Shown here piece by piece: positions 58,850 to 64,000 of a stretch of DNA of 64,000 nt. Position 1 is the first letter of the stretch; every line of letters starts with the position of its first letter. The notes beneath the pieces are model-generated. The model was not told the origin of the DNA and did not search any database. It saw only the letters and a list, made by a program, of their open reading frames with translations. Made by a program: the position numbers and the translations under genes. Origin of the DNA: Vicinamibacterales bacterium. Lineage in GTDB: Bacteria; Acidobacteriota; Vicinamibacteria; Vicinamibacterales; UBA2999. Location: positions 12,021 through 76,020 of the forward strand of contig DASROF010000112.1 of assembly GCA_035647075.1 (NCBI GenBank), given 5' to 3'.

Positions 58850-59887
58850 ATGAGTCTTCAGCTCGTCACAGCGGCTGGTATCGTCATCGGCCTTCTGTAC
58901 CTCGTCGTGGTTCTGCAAATCTTCTTTGCCCGGCTCCGCAACCGGATCCGGACGAAGCGGCAGCTCGGCCTCGAACGTACATGGCTGCCAATTCTGGTGG
59001 CCGACACCACCGCCATACCCGAATCACTGCCACCCCTGCGCCAGCGCGATCTCATTCCGTTTCTGACCCTGTGGAACCAGTTGCAGGAGTCGTTCACCGG
59101 CGAGATTACCGGTCATCTCAACGAGGTAGCGCGTCGGATTGGCGCGGACGTTCAGGCGCGACGCATGCTCGATCAACGCAGCCTGCGTCGTCGGCTGCTG
59201 GCGGTCTCGACGCTGGGGCACCTCGGCGACCGCGGCGACCGGGACTCGTGGGCGGCGTTGGTTCGCCTGACGGCCGACAAGGACGGTCTCCTCTCTCTCG
59301 CTGCTGCGCGCGCGCTGACCCGAATCGATGCGACAGCCGCGATGCCGGTCATCCTGCCGCCTCTCAGCGAACGCGACGATTGGTCCAGAAACTACGCGCT
59401 CGCCATGCTGACCGATCTCGGGGTGGACGTCGTGTCGCGCCCGCTGACCGATGCAGCACTGCATTTTCCGATCGAGCGGGCGCCACGGCTGCTGCAGTAC
59501 TTCAACGTCGCCCACCTCGCGGACGCGATGCCGGTCGTTCGCACACTCATTGCCCGGACCAGCAATGTCGAATGCCTGGCGGCGTGTCTGCGATTGTTCG
59601 CCGATGTTGACGACCTCGATACCGTGCGCGACTACCTGCACCACCCGTCGTGGCAGGTGCGAGTGCAGGCGGTGAATGTGCTGGCGCGGCTTGGGCGCGA
59701 GGAGGACTACGCCTTCCTTCAACCGCTGCTGTGCGATTCGGAGTGGTGGGTGCGATACCGGACCGCGAAAGCCCTGTGTTCGTTGCCTGGCGTCGAAATG
59801 TCGCGCATCAGAGACTTGAGTCAGAAACATCGCGACGCGTTCGCCAGGGACATGCTGGTGCACGTACTGGCGGAGGCAGGGGCATGA
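58850..59887 (+). CDS. Membrane-anchored HEAT-repeat protein
   Basis: 345 aa. One N-terminal TM (AAGIVIGLLYLVVVLQIFF), then HEAT/PBS-lyase-like repeats (e.g. HPSWQVRVQAVNVLARLG, DSEWWVRYRTAKALCSL). The stop overlaps the GT2 start (ATGA). Confidence 0.75.
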   Translation: MSLQLVTAAGIVIGLLYLVVVLQIFFARLRNRIRTKRQLGLERTWLPILVADTTAIPESLPPLRQRDLIPFLTLWNQLQESFTGEITGHLNEVARRIGADVQARRMLDQRSLRRRLLAVSTLGHLGDRGDRDSWAALVRLTADKDGLLSLAAARALTRIDATAAMPVILPPLSERDDWSRNYALAMLTDLGVDVVSRPLTDAALHFPIERAPRLLQYFNVAHLADAMPVVRTLIARTSNVECLAACLRLFADVDDLDTVRDYLHHPSWQVRVQAVNVLARLGREEDYAFLQPLLCDSEWWVRYRTAKALCSLPGVEMSRIRDLSQKHRDAFARDMLVHVLAEAGA

Positions 59888-61326
59888 ACGTGGTAACCGT
59901 CGCCAATATCTTCGGGTGGGCGGCGCTCGCCTATCTGGTCGGCATCAATGCCGTATATCTCGTCCTCAACGTCGTCTCCTTCGTGGTCCTTCGGCGCCAT
60001 AAGCAGCGCGGGACGCTTGGTCCGCTCTCCACCCGGTTCTCGAGCCTCGAAGTGCCGGTGTCGCTGCTCATCCCCGCGTACAACGAGGAACACACGGTGG
60101 TGGCGACGGTGCGCTCGCTGCTGCAGCTCAATTATTCGCACTTCGAGATCGTGGTCATCAACGACGGCTCCAGCGATCGGACACTCAACCGCTTGAAGGA
60201 GGCGTTCGACCTGCAGGTCTTCCCCGAGGTCGTCCGGCGGCGGCTGGCGACCGAGCCGATCCGTGCTGTGTATCGCTCACCGATCTATCCGGAACTGAAG
60301 GTGATCGACAAACACAACGGCGGGAAGGCCGACGCCTTGAACGCGGGCATCAATACCGCGCAATACCCCCTCTACTGCGCCTTGGACGCCGACGGGGTCC
60401 TCCGACCCGACAGCTTGCAGAGCATCACGCGCCCGTTCCTGGATGACCCGCTCACGGTTGCAGCTGGAGGCATCATTCGCATCGCCAACGGCTGCGATGT
60501 CGTCAACGGCTGGCTGGTGCGTACGGGACTACCTCGTCGTCCGCTGCCGATGCTCCAGGTCGTCGAGTACTGCCGCGCGTTTCTGTTCGGGCGCCTGGGC
60601 TGGAACCCGGTCAACGGCCTGCTCGTCATCTCCGGCGCCTTCGGCGTGTTCCATAAGGAAACCGTCATCGAGGCCGGGGGGTATCGCCGCAACACCATCG
60701 GCGAGGACATGGAACTGGTCGTACGGCTCCACCGCTTTCTCGGGGGCGCGGGACGGCCGTACCGCATTGTCTTCGCACCGGAACCGGTGTGCTGGACAGA
60801 GGCGCCAGAGAGCATCGGGGCGCTTCGTACTCAGCGCATCCGATGGCAGCGCGGTCTCTGCGAAAGCCTCTGGCTGAACCGGCAACTGCTCTTCAGCCGT
60901 CGCGGAGGCTGGGCGGGATGGGTGGCGTTTCCATTCGCGCTTCTATTCGAGTGCCTCAGCCCCGTGGTCGAAGCACTGGGCTGGGTCTATTTCGGCGCGG
61001 GCTTTCTTGCTGGATTCGTAGGCTGGGGCTTCGCGCTGGCATTCCTCATCGTGAACATCGGGTTCGGCACTCTGCTCTCGGTCAGCTCGCTGCTGCTCGA
61101 CGAGATTTCGTATCACACGTATCCACGGTTTCGTCAGATTCTCGCGCTTCTGGTTGCCGCAACGGTCGAGAACCTCGGGTATCGCCAGATGACGGCCTAC
61201 TGGCGACTGGTCGGCCTCGTCCACTGGATCGCCGGCACCAAGGCCCACTGGGGCGACATGAAACGGACCGCCGAGTGGAGCAGCCCGCTGCCATCCCCGC
61301 AGGCATCGACGACAAACCGAACATGA
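59884..61326 (+). CDS. Integral-membrane family-2 glycosyltransferase, processive synthase type (PgaC/IcaA/NodC-like motifs)
   Basis: Start is MNVVTVANIF at 59884 (internal Met of the 558-aa track ORF), giving 480 aa. Motifs are IPAYNEE, NDGSSD, LDADG, GEDME and QRIRWQRG (QxxRW), with N- and C-terminal TM clusters. Confidence 0.8.
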   Translation: MNVVTVANIFGWAALAYLVGINAVYLVLNVVSFVVLRRHKQRGTLGPLSTRFSSLEVPVSLLIPAYNEEHTVVATVRSLLQLNYSHFEIVVINDGSSDRTLNRLKEAFDLQVFPEVVRRRLATEPIRAVYRSPIYPELKVIDKHNGGKADALNAGINTAQYPLYCALDADGVLRPDSLQSITRPFLDDPLTVAAGGIIRIANGCDVVNGWLVRTGLPRRPLPMLQVVEYCRAFLFGRLGWNPVNGLLVISGAFGVFHKETVIEAGGYRRNTIGEDMELVVRLHRFLGGAGRPYRIVFAPEPVCWTEAPESIGALRTQRIRWQRGLCESLWLNRQLLFSRRGGWAGWVAFPFALLFECLSPVVEALGWVYFGAGFLAGFVGWGFALAFLIVNIGFGTLLSVSSLLLDEISYHTYPRFRQILALLVAATVENLGYRQMTAYWRLVGLVHWIAGTKAHWGDMKRTAEWSSPLPSPQASTTNRT

Positions 61327-63392
61327 CCACGAAGACGCGGACGCACGCGCGACGCGCCTTCCGACGTCACGACGCATCGCGCACCACGCCCCGGCGCAGC
61401 GGCACGCTCGCAGCGATTCGCGCGGAACGTGACCAGGCCCTGGAGCGCGCTCGTCGCACGTCGGAGTTCATCTCCCACGCGAGCCACGAGATCCGGACGC
61501 CGCTGCACGGCATCATGGGTTTCTCGACACTGCTGCTCGGCGCGGAGCTGTCGGACGAACAGCGGCGGCTGGCCAATTCGCTTCATGCGAGCATCGAATC
61601 GCTGCTCGCGGTCGTCAACGACGTACTCGATGTGTCGACGCTCGAGGCCGGCGCGATGCGACTGGAATCCGCCGGATTCAACCTGGTGGCGCTGGTCAGG
61701 GGCGTCGCGGACATGTTCAGCGAAACAGCCATGGCGAAGGGACTGGTCCTCCGCGTCGACACAGACGGCGTGAAACATACGACCGTGACGGGCGACCCTG
61801 GACGCATCCGTCAGATCCTGGCGAACTTCGTCTCCAACGCGGTGAAGTTCACCGATGAGGGCTCGGTGGTCATCCGTGCCGCGACTCGGGCGACAAGCAG
61901 CGGCACCGTCGACGTTCGCCTGGCGGTGAGTGACACAGGCCCCGGCGTTCCGCGTCACGCCCAGGCACGCCTCTTCCAGCCGTTCTCCCGGATCGACCGT
62001 CCGGCCGTCGCCTCCAAGCCAGGGACGGGCCTGGGTCTTTCAATCTCAAAGCAGCTCGTCGAACTGATGGGCGGAACGGTGAGCGTCTCCAGCCGTTCCC
62101 CTCGAGGCTCGATCTTCGCCTTCACGGTCAGTCTCAAAGAGGACACCCGCCCCATCGGACATCGTGCGCTCGAGCTGATCGAGACGGCGAAACTTCGTGT
62201 CTACGTCGCAGACGACGATTCCCGATCGCTGAGCGAGTTGCTGCTGTCGCTCGCGGTGACGGGTGTGGAAGTTGCTGCGAGCGGGTCGGCAGCAGGGTTA
62301 CCGGAAGCGCTGCGCACAGCACGGTCTGCCGGTCACTCGATCGACGTCGCGATCGTGGGCCACGTTCGTCTGCAGGGCGGCGACCTGGCCATCGCGAAAG
62401 CAATCAGGGCCGATCCCCGTTTGGCAGGCGTACCGCTGGTGCTGGCGCCGGTGTCCGGCGTTCGAGGTTACGCCCGCGACGTTCGCGAGGCGGGATATAG
62501 CGCGTACATTCCGAGACCGTTCCAGGGTGCCGAACTGCTCCAGTGCCTGCGGGCAGTGATGGTGCACGGTCACGACAGCGCCACGCTGGACGATCCGCTG
62601 ATCACGCGCCACAACGTTACCGACCAGCCGAACCTCCCGACAGGGCGCGTCCTTCTGGCTGACGATGATTCGGTGAGCCGCCATGTCACGCGCTTGCAGG
62701 TTGCGCGCCTCGGGTATCTCGTTGACGAAGTGGCCGGCGGAGCGGACGCGGTGGCGGCCGCGGCAACCGGCGCGTATCAGCTGATCCTGCTGGACTGCCA
62801 GATGCCGGGCATGGACGGCCTCGCAGCAGCTGCAGCGATCAGACGAGCGGAGCGAAACGGACGCCGTGCCTTCATCGCCGCGCTGACGGCAGACGTGAGC
62901 CGGGAACAGCGCGACCGCTGCCGCCAGGCTGGCATGGACGACTTCCTGGAGAAGCCGCTGCGGCTGCAACGGCTAGCCGAACTGCTCAATACCCACTTGC
63001 GGCGCGGCCCCGACACCACAGTGACCGACGCGCGCACCGCTGCACGCGACGCCGCTGTCGCGACCGGCCTGAATCTCCTCGCGGCCGACATCGGCCCTGA
63101 GAAGACGCTTGAACTCGTCCGCGAATACGTTGCCGGCGTGGATCTGGCGATCGAACGTCTATCGCACCTCGACCTCGTGGACGCCTCCGTCTTGCGCAGC
63201 GTCGCGCATCGGCTCCTCGGCGGCGCCCGCATCCTTGGACTCGTCCGCTTTGAGCGCATCTGGGCCGCGCTCTCCGACGGTCCGGAAGGCGCTGAGCCCA
63301 GCATGCCGCCGATGGCCATTCACGAATTGCGCGACGCCTCTGCGGAACTTGCCACCTGGATCGATTCGCACCAAAGGAAGCAGCATGCCTAA
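61323..63392 (+). CDS. Cytoplasmic hybrid histidine kinase: HisKA-HATPase_c-degenerate REC-REC-Hpt, no sensor or TM domain
   Basis: Start is [11 protein letters not shown] at 61323 (ATGA overlap with GT2). H-box [12 protein letters not shown]-box NAVKFT, G-boxes [14 protein letters not shown], second [14 protein letters not shown]...LEKPL, Hpt [11 protein letters not shown]. Confidence 0.85.
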   Translation: MTTKTRTHARRAFRRHDASRTTPRRSGTLAAIRAERDQALERARRTSEFISHASHEIRTPLHGIMGFSTLLLGAELSDEQRRLANSLHASIESLLAVVNDVLDVSTLEAGAMRLESAGFNLVALVRGVADMFSETAMAKGLVLRVDTDGVKHTTVTGDPGRIRQILANFVSNAVKFTDEGSVVIRAATRATSSGTVDVRLAVSDTGPGVPRHAQARLFQPFSRIDRPAVASKPGTGLGLSISKQLVELMGGTVSVSSRSPRGSIFAFTVSLKEDTRPIGHRALELIETAKLRVYVADDDSRSLSELLLSLAVTGVEVAASGSAAGLPEALRTARSAGHSIDVAIVGHVRLQGGDLAIAKAIRADPRLAGVPLVLAPVSGVRGYARDVREAGYSAYIPRPFQGAELLQCLRAVMVHGHDSATLDDPLITRHNVTDQPNLPTGRVLLADDDSVSRHVTRLQVARLGYLVDEVAGGADAVAAAATGAYQLILLDCQMPGMDGLAAAAAIRRAERNGRRAFIAALTADVSREQRDRCRQAGMDDFLEKPLRLQRLAELLNTHLRRGPDTTVTDARTAARDAAVATGLNLLAADIGPEKTLELVREYVAGVDLAIERLSHLDLVDASVLRSVAHRLLGGARILGLVRFERIWAALSDGPEGAEPSMPPMAIHELRDASAELATWIDSHQRKQHA

Positions 63393-64000
63393 ACGCCTCA
63401 TCATCGCCGCCGCGCTGATCCTCATGGCTGGAGCAGCGTCGGCCCAGGACAACGTCATTTCAACCGCGCGCGCCGCCTACGCCGCCGGACAACGACCGCA
63501 GGCATTGGCTATGCTGGCGAGCCATGTCGCTGCCACACCGCGCGACGTGGACGCCCGGCTGGTGTACGGCCTGATGCTCTCGTGGGACCGACGTTATGAC
63601 GAAGCCCGCTCGGAACTGCAGCAGGTCCTGATCCAGACGCCCGATTACAGAGACGCGCGGGTCGCGCTGATGAACGTCGAATGGTGGTCCGGCCATACAT
63701 CGTCAGCCAGCGACCTGGCCACGCAGATCCTGACGCGCGATCCGGGCGACCCGCAGGCCCGTCTGATGCGCCAGCGGCTCGATGCGCAGACACGGCCGTG
63801 GCAGGTCAAGACCGGTTACTCACTCGACTCCTTCAATGACGGCGGCGACCCGTGGCATGAGTTCGAGATCTCCGTCGGGCGCGAGACGTCACGAGGCAGC
63901 GTCTTTGTAAGAGGTACGAACGCGGCGCGCTTCGGTTACCGCGATCAGCTCGTGGAGGTCGAGGCGTACCCGAGCTTGCGGGCCGGCACGTACGCCTTCA
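63385..64000 (+). CDS. TPR + YaiO-family outer-membrane beta-barrel protein (N-terminal part; 3' end outside window)
   Basis: Own translation gives [21 protein letters not shown] (signal), TPR-like helices, then RPWQVKTGYSLDSFNDGGDPWHEFEISVGRETSRGSVFVRGTNAARFGYRDQLVEVEAYP, which resembles the YaiO barrel start. ATG 63385 overlaps the HK stop by 8 nt. Absent from the ORF track because no stop lies in the window. Confidence 0.7.
   Translation, partial: MPKRLIIAAALILMAGAASAQDNVISTARAAYAAGQRPQALAMLASHVAATPRDVDARLVYGLMLSWDRRYDEARSELQQVLIQTPDYRDARVALMNVEWWSGHTSSASDLATQILTRDPGDPQARLMRQRLDAQTRPWQVKTGYSLDSFNDGGDPWHEFEISVGRETSRGSVFVRGTNAARFGYRDQLVEVEAYPSLRAGTYAF

Noticed and set aside
59650-59883. Upstream extension of the GT2 ORF (558-aa version), and the 60789..61322 extension of the HK ORF
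   Set aside because: The extensions overlap the preceding well-supported genes in another frame and are Gly/Arg-rich. The internal ATGs at 59884 and 61323 form ATGA stop/start overlaps and give sensible N-termini.

Overview
GC-rich (by eye mid-to-high 60s %, not computed), very densely coded bacterial chromosomal segment with about 58 protein genes and 2 tRNAs. I found no rRNA, CRISPR array, transposase, integrase or phage genes. Gene content points to an Acidobacteriota-like organism (inference only): a VWFA-type secreted protein, a CarboxypepD_reg/TonB-like outer-membrane barrel, a Ser/Thr kinase with a TolB-like propeller, and many signal-peptide hydrolases. Most of the window is housekeeping: bamD, pgsA, an NDP-sugar pyrophosphorylase with phosphomannomutase, deoC/rpiB, hpt, upp, mlaEFD, uvrB, an lplT-aas fusion, argG, greA, rarA, mutL, corA, ppdK, glyQS, recO and mgtE. 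Genes are frequently joined by ATGA, GTGA or TGATG stop/start overlaps. The best candidate for an undescribed system is the right end (about 56.0-64.0 kb, cut by the window edge). It holds an ECF sigma/anti-sigma pair and a small secreted protein, then a strong hairpin. After that come a stand-alone receiver, a membrane-anchored HEAT-repeat protein, a multi-TM family-2 glycosyltransferase with processive-synthase motifs, a sensor-less hybrid histidine kinase (pseudo-REC, REC, Hpt) and a TPR plus YaiO-type outer-membrane barrel; the last four are translationally coupled. I read this as a synthase-dependent exopolysaccharide secretion module controlled by a phosphorelay. Secondary items are: a translationally coupled rpiB-family/deoC pair with N-terminal extensions, the DeoC one resembling a microcompartment encapsulation peptide; a patatin-like protein lacking the nucleophile Ser and coupled to greA; an MlaD with five exact 34-aa C-terminal repeats and no mlaC/mlaB; and several phased short repeats and palindromes in the rare AT-rich intergenic islands. 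All calls come from reading the ORF-track translations and the DNA by eye. No database search, HMM, RNA-folding or statistics were run.
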